Shown: one piece after another, positions 13,943 to 27,570 of the stretch
Layout of the letters: every line of letters starts with the position of its first letter
How positions within the stretch are numbered: the first letter of the stretch is position 1
Assembly: GCA_010093705.1 (NCBI GenBank)
Contig: MU006107.1
Coordinates: 294,031 to 358,030, forward strand
Length of the DNA: 64,000 nucleotides
From: Patellaria atrata CBS 101060
Taxonomy: Eukaryota
Reading direction: 5' to 3'
Notes under the pieces: model-generated
Told to the model about the DNA's origin: nothing
The model's database searches: none
What the model saw: the letters and a program-made list of their open reading frames with translations, nothing else
Program-made: the position numbers and the translations under genes

Positions 13943-14712
13943 AGAGCGCGGGTTAAGGTTTGTTTGCGAATGGTGCATGGCGTGCGTCTCTTCTTGCTAT
14001 GATATCATCTTTGGCATCAGCACGAGGGTTCCGAGGCGTTTTACATATATCGGGGGATATGCACGTCGGGACAGCGCAAGAAGATACCCATTCAGTAGAG
14101 AGATATAGATGGGATTGGTGTCCCATTTTTGAAGGGTATCGGCGTATTGAGTCCAGTTTGGAGATCTGCATTTTCTAGGCGGCATAGATTGATGTGACCA
14201 TAATTCCGATAGCGTGATTGGCATGAGTACATATATGAATCCAGTTCGGGCACAATTTTCGATTTCAGTTCCTTGTGTCTGCTAGTGGAGCTTGCTTCAC
14301 TTAGTATCGAAGAGTGTGAAGACAATGAGATTGAGTACGGAGGTAAGGGAGATAGAATCTCTCCCAAGTATGTTGTCTTCTGAGGGACCTTTCATATTAG
14401 GTGAATGGTGACCTATATTGCGTGATCAAGTGATGTTGTACGTCCTAGTCGGAGAGGAGTCTTTGCAAAACGGTTGCTACAGTCCACTACGAGTGGCTAT
14501 CAAGGCAAGAGAAGCAGTCAACAATCAGAGGAAGAAGTTTCAGAACACGACATCTGCATTCTGGGTCTAATCAAAAATTTGTAAAATGGTATCAGGAACT
14601 TCCGAAAACTCGCCATCCAGCGCCATTGCCGCATCGATTCGTTCCAAGCAATAAACATTAACCATGATGTTTCCCCTTCCAACTCATGTTCAGACCTAAC
14701 TAAAGATCAGAT

Positions 14713-15469
14713 CTACAGAATAGCGCCAACGACAAGACCGGCGACACCGACGGCGGCCCCGAAGCCGACCTTGTTGACGACGGCGGCGTCGGTGCTGACC
14801 TGGATCGGTGCGTCGGTCGGGTCCGGGCCGCCGGCGAAGACGGTCGGCGTGAAGTCGCTCGGCATCGTAAAGCCCGGGATCGTGATGTCGGGGATGCTGA
14901 TGCTGGGGAAGGTGGGCATGCTGAAGCTCGGGAGGGTGATGCTGGGGAAGTCTTCCGGGTCGAAGGAAGTCGGGATCGGCGCGTCGATGGACGTGGTGTC
15001 TGCGTCCGGAGAGGGTGTCGCTGAGGGCTCAAGGGGCGCCGCGGTTTCGACTTCGAAGCCGGGCGGGAGGTTGACGTTGTTTTGGGCTGCGCAGCTATCC
15101 GGGTCGAGCCCCTGTGTGTGGTTAGTATGGAGTGGTAGGGTCAGGTGGTTAAGGGGAAGGACGTACGGTGGGACAGCACAGGTCCTGCACCAGGCAGAAG
15201 GAGTCGGCGGGACATCCCCATTCGTTCTCGCAGCACGTCTCGCCAAGGTCGGGGTTGATGCAGAGACGGTTTTGCAGTGCGCTCTCGGCACGGCACTCGA
15301 CGTAGCCTTCGCCGAAGGCGTCAACGCAGTTGGCGCCGGACTGGGTGGTCTCGTCTGGGTCGAAGGCCTGGCGTCTGAAGAATCGTTGGGGAAGTCTTTG
15401 GTTGCCGGCGAGGGCGAGTTGTGCGAGAACGGCGGAGGCCACGAAGGCTTTGACAGTGAAGGAATGCAT
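14713..15469 (-). CDS. Secreted Cys-rich, probably GPI-anchored cell-surface protein
   Basis: Exons 15469-15167 and 15111-14713 (intron 15166-15112), 233 aa. Signal peptide, RRQ Kex2-like site, Cys-rich domain (CC...C...C...CC), Pro/Ser/Thr stalk, hydrophobic C-terminus (GAAVGVAGLVVGAIL). Confidence 0.85.
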
Positions 15470-17417
15470 TTTGGACCTGTGTATGCTGTGGTCGGAGTTT
15501 AAAGAGTGAGGGGAACGAGAGACTGTATGGTTACAGAACGGTATATGAAGTAATACTCGCAAAAGAAGAGAAACTGGTCTGTAGCTTGATTCCTGAATAT
15601 AGAAGGAGGCTCTCACAATCAATCAAGTTAGGAACCCTTCCGCCTTTATATCTCTGTGAAATTGATGTTGACCGTCCAGGATTCCCCTTCCAACTGTCGC
15701 AGGCCCAGGCAACACAGCCCTTCAACGTGGGAGAACGTAGGAAAGGTTCCAAGAGCCTTCACCGACCACTTCATCTGAAGCTCTTGCTCACTGGTTCTTT
15801 GTTCTAGTCTCTGTTCGGGCGCCATCTAGGCACAGAAAGAAGCCCTCACGCAGGGGAAAGCATTTTTGACTAATCAGGGGGACGGGACGGGTCGTATTCT
15901 CGCTTTCAAACCGAAGTGCGGAGCGAATCCCAGGAGATGTCGTCGGGTCCTTGATAATCCGACCAGTGACAACACTCTTGTACTCTTCCCGGACTCTCTC
16001 CACGATCTGACGGGTTGGGTGCCTGGGGGCCAAAAGGAGGCGGTGCGATAGGCCGATAGCATCCGCTAGGCTGAGGCTGAGGTTGCAGGTTCGAGATATA
16101 AAGTCCTAGCGCCGTCGATTTAATGCGAGCTTAAGTTTATTTTTAATTTTTACAAGCAATGATCAACCTTTCATCCGCCAGAGGGGCCTTGGAGGAAAGG
16201 TATGCCGATATATGGGCGTTCTCTCTTGTCTTGGCGCCGTTTCAGCGGGGCGGCGAAGTTCACCACTTTTGTGGGAAGTTGCGGTATCGTTGATAACTTG
16301 TGCTCTCTTCGTGCGGCCAGTCAGATTCCAAGAATACCAGCAAGATATGGAACTCCACGCCTGTAAATATTGGCTTCAAGCCACATAATGTCGTCTGAAG
16401 ATGTTAGAGTTTCAGCAGGGCGGTGTCTGGAAGAGTCCAAATCCATGCTGATCTCGGAATTTTACACCAAAGTGATCATATGTAATATGAGTGATTCGAT
16501 ATTGACTCCAACCTATCCTAATAAAGATCACAGTCTCATACAACATTCTCTTGTCAGAAATCAATTTATCTGAAATTATACCTGTTGTCAGGGACAAAAG
16601 TATGGAGCGGATATTGAACAACGAATGATTTGTGTCAAAGCTTTTTCCGGTGAAGTTGGGTTCTTACCCCCTCGCTCGCATTGGGCATAGACATACTAAA
16701 TGTAGAGTGTCGGAGTGCGGCTGAGGTCTCATTGTACTGTTCTGAGTACAGGTCTGAGGTTGAATTTGCACTCTAAGGGCAGCATGGTAGCCACATTGTC
16801 CCACAAAGCGAACAAGTTCTATGACTAGTCTTGCTGTTCCAAAGAAACGAACAGCTCGCTTCAGAAGAAGGGCAAGAGTGGAAGGTAACATAGCATCTTG
16901 CAGAAAGTCTTTTCAGTTTTCCTTCAGCCCTCGTGGAACCCAAGAGTCCAAGCAATAGTAAGTAACTTGAATCTGTATTGAAAATATAGTGATAGTCATG
17001 TTTACGCATTCTTATCTCTCGCTTTCACTATCCGATAGAATTCTACTTCGTGAATAATACCGCTAAAGGAAAGGATGATCTTCCCGATCAGTAGATCTCT
17101 ACGAAATATAGAGCTCGGTATTTCTACCGTTAGATTTCTTTCCAGTCAGCAATGCCGAAAGTCCTTAGGATGGTTTTGTCCGCAGGAGAGGCTCAAAACT
17201 CTCAGGCTCTTAAAATCTCAGCTCCTTGGCGTGGTGTTGTGGTTTCCGGTGAAGGGTAGGGCGTCCTCAGCCTCGAAGTACTTGACAATGACTTTTCAAC
17301 TTTCTCCGAGAGTCATCCCGCTATGACGGTTGCTAACCAATTGTACCGGTTTACTCTTCGACAAAACCGGCCATAAACAGGGGACTGCGGAAAGGGGCAA
17401 AATCCTAGTAGTCAGTT

Positions 17418-18200
17418 CTAGGAGGAATGTTCTCCTCCATCTTTTGCCTTCTCGTCTCTACCGCCTCCTTTGACTCTCCAAGCTCCTGTCCTATCTTCCA
17501 CGAGCCATTGACCGCTCAAAGCTGGAGGTTCCCAGAGAAATACTGCCGAGTTGATCCCATACTCCTTATCCCCATCCAGAGATACTACGGCGAACTTTTT
17601 GAAGCCAAACTTTGGGTAAAATCCCCTCCCGGCCTTGCTGCTAATCAGGCTTACTGGAAGACCCAAGCCAGTAGCTTCATCAAAACCCCACTGCAAGAGC
17701 GCTGTTCCAACGCCTTTTCCTTGATATCGCGGAGGAATTGCGAGTATTGAAAGGTGAATCCTACGCACTGCATCAATTTCTTTGGGCTTCATACCCTTGA
17801 ATCTCCTAATCCGGGCAAAATCAACCGCAGGAAGAGCGACATGCTCGTTATAGACTCCTTCCGCCTTAAGTAATGCATTCTCTATCTTCGATCCTATCGA
17901 CTGGTTGGTATCCCAACCTGTAGGTGGATTGCCTCCTCTGAATTGCCAGAAAGATACTCCCACCAATTTTCCGGCAGCATCGCACGCAAGCAAGAAACGA
18001 CTATTTTCGGCTACGAACCGCAAGCGATATTTATGGGTTTCAAATTTGACATGCTGCGCGTGGAACTCTTTACGATTAGGGTGAACAGCTGGACCGTAGA
18101 ATTCACTACCTGTGAAACTTGCTTCGCAAATATCAATGATATCAGCGAGATCGCGGCGCGTGGCTGGGCGTAGGGTCAAGTTCGAAAACGGTGCTGTCAT
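17418..18200 (-). CDS. GNAT-family N-acetyltransferase
   Basis: ATG at 18200 (MTAPFSNLTLRPAT); acetyl-CoA motif A LSILAIPPRYQGKGVGTALL and motif B SKAGRGFYPKFGF. Confidence 0.85.
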   Translation of the reverse strand: MTAPFSNLTLRPATRRDLADIIDICEASFTGSEFYGPAVHPNRKEFHAQHVKFETHKYRLRFVAENSRFLLACDAAGKLVGVSFWQFRGGNPPTGWDTNQSIGSKIENALLKAEGVYNEHVALPAVDFARIRRFKGMKPKEIDAVRRIHLSILAIPPRYQGKGVGTALLQWGFDEATGLGLPVSLISSKAGRGFYPKFGFKKFAVVSLDGDKEYGINSAVFLWEPPALSGQWLVEDRTGAWRVKGGGRDEKAKDGGEHSS

Positions 18201-18722
18201 GGTTGTTTCTTTGCCGTAAGATAATATTAGGGAAGGTGTTGCGACAAAGGAAATGGAATATACGAAGTGGAAACGTGAGTCACAGTCCTGTTTGCTCAAT
18301 CGGTTTTAGAGCGGGCCTAGAATTTCTGGTTGCTTCATTAGCGTGTTCACTGCATGTAGTAGAACTACCTTCTATTATGAGTAAGGGATACACCCATCCA
18401 TACGCCATTGCTATCTATAATGGATGCTATTTTTCATTTGATCATTCAGGTTGGGAATGTCAAATAATCCATTAGTAATCCTTCCTTTACTATGCTACTC
18501 TTGTTTAATTATACACTCACATAAAGAAGGCTTTATCCTCGACGTTATGTAGTATGGATTCGTACTGTACTATACCAGGCCAGAGATAAGGTGTATCCCG
18601 CCATTTTATGTACAGAAACAGCACAGCAACAGTACAGCAACCGAGGAGACCCGGTAGTGAAGAAGCGAACACAACTCAAATGATAGTGCATCCTGAATTC
18701 TTTGATTCGACCTTGATTGCGA

Positions 18723-19912
18723 TCAATCGTTAACCAAGATACGTTTCATGTTCCCTGATCGAGTACTTCCCGGAACCACTGCACTTGGCGAATGGTCTAT
18801 CTCTATTGCTTTTTGGATTTCAACTCTCATTCCCTTACTATCCTCCGCGAAAGCAGCCTCATCCCAGAATCCAGTCCCTTGCTGGATTGTCTCTCCACCT
18901 CCACCATACCATAGAGTACCTTTTCGGCATGTGAGGCCCCTTTCATTCCCAACGATCCATTGACCACCGATCTTAATTTCTGTAGTATCGGTTTTGGGCC
19001 AGTATTCGTCCTCAAGCCAATGATTGATCTCTTCAATCTTTTTAACAAGCGAGTGCATCTTTGAAGGGTCTGAAATACCGTCCTTTGACGTATCTTCCGC
19101 ATCGACAAACCGCCCTATGGTCAGATGTGCTGATGGTACAACATATCTGGAGTCAACAGTGACGCCTTTACTCTTACAGAGATCAAAGAGATCTTTCCTT
19201 AGATGGTGATATGTGTACAGGTCATCTTCAGTATCCCAGTATCCTGTTAGCGCTTCACCAGCAGCAGGTACAAAGCTCAGAGCGATGGCCGCTGCATCAT
19301 ACCCAATCATGGGTTTGATTAGTCGAGGTCGATTATTATACGTGTAATCGACAATTTCACGGATATGAGGTTTCATCACCTCGATCAGAGCTTCAATCTC
19401 TTCTGCGGTACGCGAATGGGTGATTTCAAGTGCCGTCATATGGAGGCAGTCTTGAGGCATTATCCACAGATCTTGATTATATCTTTAGCATTTCTTTTTA
19501 TCAGGAATGCATATGTGATACTGACTTGGTACAACATTCAGCAACTCGTTTTGGATATCTGAGATCAGTTTTCTGACCGCCTGAGTCGGCCGGGCCCAGA
19601 AGACCAAACAATGCCTCGGATCAATGAAGCCTGGTTCAATAGTCGGATCTATAAGTTTTTGGAGGATTGGATCAAGAGATACCCCTGCGAAACCGGGATC
19701 CAACAACTTTTCCCGTTGCTGGGCATTCCGGGTTGAACGATGCATGCTGTAGCGAGACTGGATTTGTGCCTATGGTCCGTAGTTGGTAATGAGCTGAAAT
19801 GGACGACAGGAAATCGTACTGGATCATTGTGTGACACTTCAATCAAAGCATCGTAAGGATTGTCATATTTGCCTGTTTCGACACCACTCAGGTCCACAAA
19901 TGGGTTCGCCAT
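18723..19912 (-). CDS. 2H-phosphoesterase superfamily protein (LigT/cyclic phosphodiesterase-like)
   Basis: Exons 19912-19820, 19769-19526 and 19471-18723 splice in frame; two HxT motifs (LHMTAL, AHLTIG). Confidence 0.75.
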
Positions 19913-20185
19913 AGGGATGGGAGATGCTGGTTACAAGATCGAATTGGAGAATATTGCAGCTAAAGTTAGTTTAGAGTGTTCACTGGTCTTATATAGACTT
20001 CGAGGAAGACACTAGGACGGACTACGCAGTGAAATATGTAACGTTACTCTATGTATCATACAAGAAATCCATTCCTTAAGAAATACGGTGCAGCAACGGT
20101 CTTAATTACGGTAGGGAGAGATTAGTGAGGTAACTAACACAGTGCTAATAAAAGTTACAGAAACAGTTAGCTCATCATATATCTG

Positions 20186-20212
20186 ACAGTCACGTGATAA
20201 ATCACGTGCTGT
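20186..20212. promoter_or_regulatory. Twin CACGTG E-boxes in a near-palindrome, in the divergent promoter of the 2H gene and PEP4
   Basis: ACAGTCACGTGATAAATCACGTGCTGT; CACGTG at 20191-20196 and 20203-20208, about 245 bp upstream of the PEP4 ATG. Confidence 0.5.
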
Positions 20213-20452
20213 TGGAGCCATACTGCATACTTACTAGATCAAAGGCTGCGTCACCTGGACCGGCGTGGTTGGTTGGTCATTCAGGCACCCGCCACCCGTC
20301 ATCCAACCTTCCCAGCTTACAGCTCCGTTGACCTTAACCCATCACGAACAACAACTCTCGAACATCTATCAACAAAGCCTCTAGGACCATCACAATCCGA
20401 TCCACCTATCTCCCTTTAGAAGCTCTTACGCCGCTGGTACGGTCTTACAAAC

Positions 20453-21828
<1,376 letters not shown>

Positions 21829-22399
21829 ATAGCGAATGGATTTCTTAGTATGTTGACTATTAATATTCACTTGGGTGTTTCCTAAGGGTTTGTTTCAATT
21901 TGCGATCTCTGAGGCCCCTGGGTTGGAACAAGTTGCTTATTAGTGCACGAAGTATATCATTGTATCACTTTTTTCAGATCAACTGGTCGTTAGTTAGTAT
22001 CTAGGTACTTTGACTGTGTATATCAGAATAAATGATTTCGTCAGACTTGGCTTGTAGTTTCCCTCTCGTCTCCGTCTAATTGCAAGTGTCCAATTCAATG
22101 GCTGAAAAGGATACTTGGACACTACCCACGATATTATGCCTGAGTTTAGTGACTTACCGTAGTTGAGCCCATCTCTACCTACTCTCTACTCAAGACTTTT
22201 ATTCGTACTGTCGGTATTTTGACCGTGCACTGGCAGCACGACTCACCGTACAATGCGTAAACTAGAAAATATCCAATACCAATTAGCGAAATGCATTGCA
22301 GGCTGTACTAACGCGGGATATCGCGCGGAGTCCTCTCTACTCCTTCCTACTCGCGCAGCCCTAGAGAAGAGAAGCATTGAGTTGTCTGGAATAGCTCGG

Positions 22400-22742
22400 T
22401 TGTACTGTACTGTACTAAAAGGATAAAAGACAGGGGGAAGGACGTCACGTTTTTAAGGCACCGCGGTATGCCATATACTGTAGAATGATCAAGGTACTCT
22501 GGAGTACGTGGATTGTACTGTACTGTACTGTACGACGAGTGAACGAGGACTGGGTGAGGGAGAAATGTGATGGGGGGTTATTTACAGTTTTATTTTAGGA
22601 TTTAAGGAGGGTGTACTGGATATCTCTGGCACCGCTGTCGTAGACATGATTGGTTCCCATCAAGTGTAGTGTACGATGACTGTGGTGAGGGAGTGATTAT
22701 CCAACATTATCTTATTAGGAGGGTCTCTGTACTGTACTGTAC
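22400..22742. repeat. Short (TGTAC)n pentamer arrays
   Basis: tgtactgtactgtac runs at ~22401-22415, ~22515-22533 and ~22728-22742, between convergent PEP4 and the ABC transporter. Confidence 0.6.
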
Positions 22743-22866
22743 GTTATGCAAACTGTATACAAAGAGTGGGGTATAACGCGTAAGGAGCGGTGATAGAGGT
22801 TTATCCTGTCGAATTTACAAAAGAGACCAAGGTACGGATAGCGATGTGGGTTTCCCTTTGAACCCG

Positions 22867-25800
22867 CTACCGGTCCAAAGCTTGGGCTTGACACTGTGTG
22901 ATGAGTTAGTATATTCGGCGGGATATGATATGATGGGAAAGAGAAGGAAAAGAGAGTCTTACCATCTGGTAGTATATCCCCTTCATGCGCAATAAGGTCT
23001 GATGGTCCCCCTTCTCCAATACACGTCCACTCCCCATGACGAAGATGATATCGGCCTTCTGAATGGTCGCGAGTCGCTACGCGCATCGTTAGCTTTCGAG
23101 CTCTCCACGTAGTGAATAAGAAGAAATAAGGGACTCACATGCGCAACCGCGATAACCGTCCTGCCGCCCTCCCCAGCCGCTCGTTCAATAGCACCCTGCA
23201 CCAACTTCTCCGACTCTGAATCCAAACTGCTCGTCGCCTCATCCAGCAGCAGAACCCTCGGCCGCCTCAACAGCGCCCTCGCAAGCGCGATCCTCTGCTT
23301 CTGGCCTCCGCTGAGACTGACACCCCTGGGGCCCAAGCGCGTCGCATATCCCTCCGGCAAGCTCGCCACGAACTCGTGGATCTGCGCGTCCCTGCAGGCC
23401 CGCTCAATCGCGGCGTCGGTCGCCTCGTCCGCCTCGACGGACAGCGCGACGTTCTCGCGGATCGAGCCCTCGTACAGCGTGGGCTCCTGCGCCACGAGCG
23501 CGAGCGCGCTGCGGTATTCCTTCATCTGCAGGGCGGCGATGTCGGTGCCGCTAGCGAGGATAGTGCCGGAAATCGGGTCGTAGAAGCGCTCGAGGAGCGA
23601 TATCACGGTCGACTTGCCGCAGCCGGACGGACCGACTAGCGCTGCGAACTGCCCTGGCTCGATCTTCAGGTTGAGACCGGTAAGGACGGGCGTCGTGCGG
23701 GAGGGATAGGTGAAATAGACGTTTCGGAACTCGATGCCGACGGAGTCGGCGACGTGTTGGGGATGCTTGCAGGAGGTTGAGGGGTCGGGTTTGGGAGGAC
23801 GGAGGCTGAGGATGCGGTTCGCGGCGCCGGTTGCTTCGGCCATGTTGGGAGCGATGGAGAACCATTGACCCGCGGCTTGACTCCCCTGAACCACAGCCAT
23901 ATATATGATGAAGAAGGATACGATGTCGTATTCTTTATTTGCGAGGAGCTGACCGCCGTACCAGAAAGCCAAGGCCATGCAGCCCAACTCGATGCTGTCC
24001 GATGCTGCAAAAATGATAGTGGAATATTTTGCTTTGCTGAATGCTGTTGAGACGTGTCCGTCAAGCAATCTGGCGTATCGGCTACAGATGAGATCTTCCA
24101 TGATCAGAGACGTGACCGTTCGGAACGCGCCAACAGCCTCCGAAGCGAACTGCGAGCTGTTTGCAAATACTTTTGCATTCATCTCCTCGAACTGCATTTC
24201 GAGCTTGAACCTAATGTATCCCGCGACCAAAATAATCGGTAGGATGCTGAACAATCCGACGAGGGACAGTTTCCATCCAAAAACGAACGATATGATGACA
24301 GAGCCGATTAGATTGAAGATGGCGATCAGGCCCATGGACATCTCAGTGCTCATAAGTTTCTGTAATTGATCTGGATCCGTACTCAACCTTGAGGTAAGAG
24401 TACCAGCAGAATTCCCTTCCGCATCAAAGAATTCTATCCGTTTGCGAAGCATATTTTCCATATACTCTTGGCGATAGAATGTCGAGACGACCTAACAATG
24501 TCAATTATGGTCTATAGACGCCGAGAGCGGTGAATCATACTTGGGATATAATGTGTGAAGACCACCCGAGAAAGAAGTATGCAATAGCGACAACAACTGC
24601 CTTGACACCAAACATACCCGACCAGAAGTTTCCTCGACTGACGAGTTTATCACCAGTAAATGTGAACACTTCGATGATTTTAGCGAAGAAGTATGCTTGT
24701 AACGGAAAAGCGGCTGTGCGAATATAATCAGCATTATCCAATATGCTAGAGAGAGAGAACTTACCCCCTCCGCCCAATGAACCCAAGAGTGTCAGGGCGT
24801 AAAGTCCCGAATGATGCCTTTGTTCATAGAGTAGGCGACCAAAGCTAAAGATAACGCCCTGGCGTTTGTATTCTGCATCCTCCTCTCGAGGGTTGATTTT
24901 ATCAGGGACTGTTTCATTCATTTCTTCGCCAGTCTTTGAGATAGAATTAGTTCTCTTTGCATCCAAGATAATATCATCTTCATCATCATGCCCAGCGACA
25001 AGTTCCTGAGAATGGACGAGATTGTAATAGATACCATTCTCGTCAGTTAGCAGTTCCTCATGTGTACCTTCTTCCTCAACCTTGCCCTTTCGTAGGACAA
25101 CAATTTTGTCGGCACGCTTTATAGTAGAAAGCCTGTGGGCGATAACAATTGTAGTACGGTTTTTGGAGACTCGATCAAGGGCTTCTTGTACAATACGTTC
25201 CGTTCGAACATCGATAGCACTAGTTGCTTCGTCTAGAATGAGGATAGCTGGGTCTTTGATAATACTCCTAGCTATTGCAAGGCGCTGGCGTTGGCCGCCT
25301 GACAATTTGATGCCACTTTCACCGACCACGGTATCGTAACCCTACTCCAGTTAGCTGCAAGTCAGTACTTTTTAGGTATCGCCTTACGAGAGGAAGCTTG
25401 GTGATGAACTCGTCCGCGAAAGCTTCTTTGCAAGCTTCCTTAACCCTTGATAACTTCTCCTCCTTGCTTGCATCCTGTAATTCGGTTCCGCAGAGTCCAT
25501 ATGCAACGTTTGTGAAGATTGTGTCATTGAAGAGAAAAGGCTCTTGCTGTACTAGTCCGATTTGAGCTCGCCACCAGAATAAATCTATGCTGGATATTTC
25601 CACACCACCGATCTTTATAAATCCTCCTGTGTGTGTTGTAATTTTTTTCGCGTTGCCTTGCGTAGAGTCTTCCTGGGAATTACCCTGATCATCGACACTA
25701 TCTCTCGGCGAAAGTACTTCATTATCCGATAGACCGTACCATCTTTCAAGAAGACCGACAATCGTTGTTTTACCTGAACCGGATGGACCCACTATTGCTG

Positions 25801-27570
25801 TCACCTTACCGGTTTCAAAACGGACGCTCATATGATCGAGTACCTGGACGTCTCGCCGACTTGGATAGACAAAGGAGACATCGTTGAATGTTATATCGGC
25901 ATCCACTGATACTTCTGGTCCTTTGATACCACTATTGTCCGGTACTTCAGCATCAATAGTTTCAAACAGTTCGGTGGATGCAGATGCTGCCTTTGACATC
26001 GCCAATATAGGAGATGCTAGCCTCCCAATTGACATAGTCGCTGTCATAACAGAGAATAGGACTCTAAGAACCAATTAGAGCCAATCTGTACAAAGAATAT
26101 ACGTATAGTTAGGAGAGGGAGATATACATTACTATAGTATTGATATTGTCTATATTACCTCGGCTGTACTGGCGGATTCCGAACCAAAAGGTCAGACCGA
26201 ATGTGCCATACATAGCAAAGAAGCTTGGTGAGAACATCAGACCCATAATAGGCGCACCCCTGAGCTCTGTTTTCTTCGCTTTGGCGAGCATTTCTGAATG
26301 TTGGGTCGCAAGACGTTTCTCAGCACCAAACGCTACCACAATTCTTATCGAACCGAACACCTCAAAAGCAAGAGCGGAAGCGTCTTCTAGTTCCTTTTCT
26401 GTTTGCTTGTGGATCTTGAGATAAAATGGAAGGGATCCCCCGTATGCTAGCATTATAAACGGTATAGACGCACTAGCGACAAACGTGAGAATCCAGTCAT
26501 ATATGAAGGCTATGACGTAAAGTGCAACGGTGAAGGTCACCATCTGGAAGAGCATCGCAAGTTGTTGCGAAATGGCAGTTTGTATTGTGTTGGACGATGT
26601 CGTGATTCTAGTAGATACCTTACCAGGAGATATGGTATCGATGACGCCAACGGATTGAGCGAAAAGTGCTCGAAGATATGTTAATCTTAACGACGCTGAT
26701 ATACGAAGGCCACTGATTCGAACGCACAGCTAACCGCAAGTCAGCTCAGTAATACAAGTCGTGGGTATTTGCGTACCAGGGAGATATATGATAGGACAAA
26801 CTTTCCAATGAAGAGGTATAAGATATAAAGCCTTAGAATGATGTCAGTTAACGAGATAGCAAATTAGTAGAGGTTGAAAGAAATTGAGATATAGCCATTA
26901 TCAGTTATAATGACGGTTTACTACAAACCGCGCGAAAAGACAATGGCGGGTCGTTCATTGCTCAGGAGATGATGAGGGCAATACTTGACTACTTTCTATG
27001 CTTTTGGCGATCAAGAAAGATGTATTATAGCAAGGAGGGAGAACGAGAGGATACATACGTGTTCTTATTAATAGCATCTTTGAACTCCTCCTTCGTAACA
27101 CTTGTACCCTCAGTGAAGTAGTTGGCGAAGTCCCCAACCAGTTGACCTACGCCCCGTCAGTATCAAACATCTGGGCATAAGGGGTTAATATACCAAAAAC
27201 AATGTTCATGAGTGGAATTACCTGATTGATAGTGTTCAGTAAAGAATCTTTTCATATAATGTGGTGAATACACATACCATGCCGGCACCGATAGAAGCGA
27301 ATAAACAAATGCCCATTAATACCCAATCCAGTAATTTAGCGTAAAGGAGAACACGCTGTTTGGATTAGCTGGAACCGAACTGGACAACGAGTTGATTTGG
27401 CAGCTTACAATGAAATTCTTGAAGGTAGCTTCAGCCTTTTCATCTTTCTTCTCTTTCTCGTCATTCTGATTTTTTGAGATCTCAGTTACAGTAGTTTCCT
27501 CCACGGTAATGAGATCAATATTACTGAGGGGACCACCAGAGGGGCACAAATTCTTTTGAGTATCGGCCAT
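22867..27570 (-). CDS. Full-size ABCB (MDR/P-glycoprotein-type) ABC transporter
   Basis: Multi-exon gene, ATG 27570 (MADTQKN), final exon CQAQALDR* ending at 22867. TMD-NBD-TMD-NBD layout; Walker A GPSGSGKT and GPSGCGKS; signatures LSGGQRQR and [15 protein letters not shown] and LLDEATS. Confidence 0.93.

Noticed and set aside
14771..15502. 243-aa plus-strand ORF
   Set aside because: Antisense shadow of the GC-rich GPI-protein gene; no ATG start or motifs.
16060..16110. GGTTCGA resembling a tRNA T-loop/B-box (similar hits at ~29800 and ~44470)
   Set aside because: No cloverleaf stems or D-arm around any of them.
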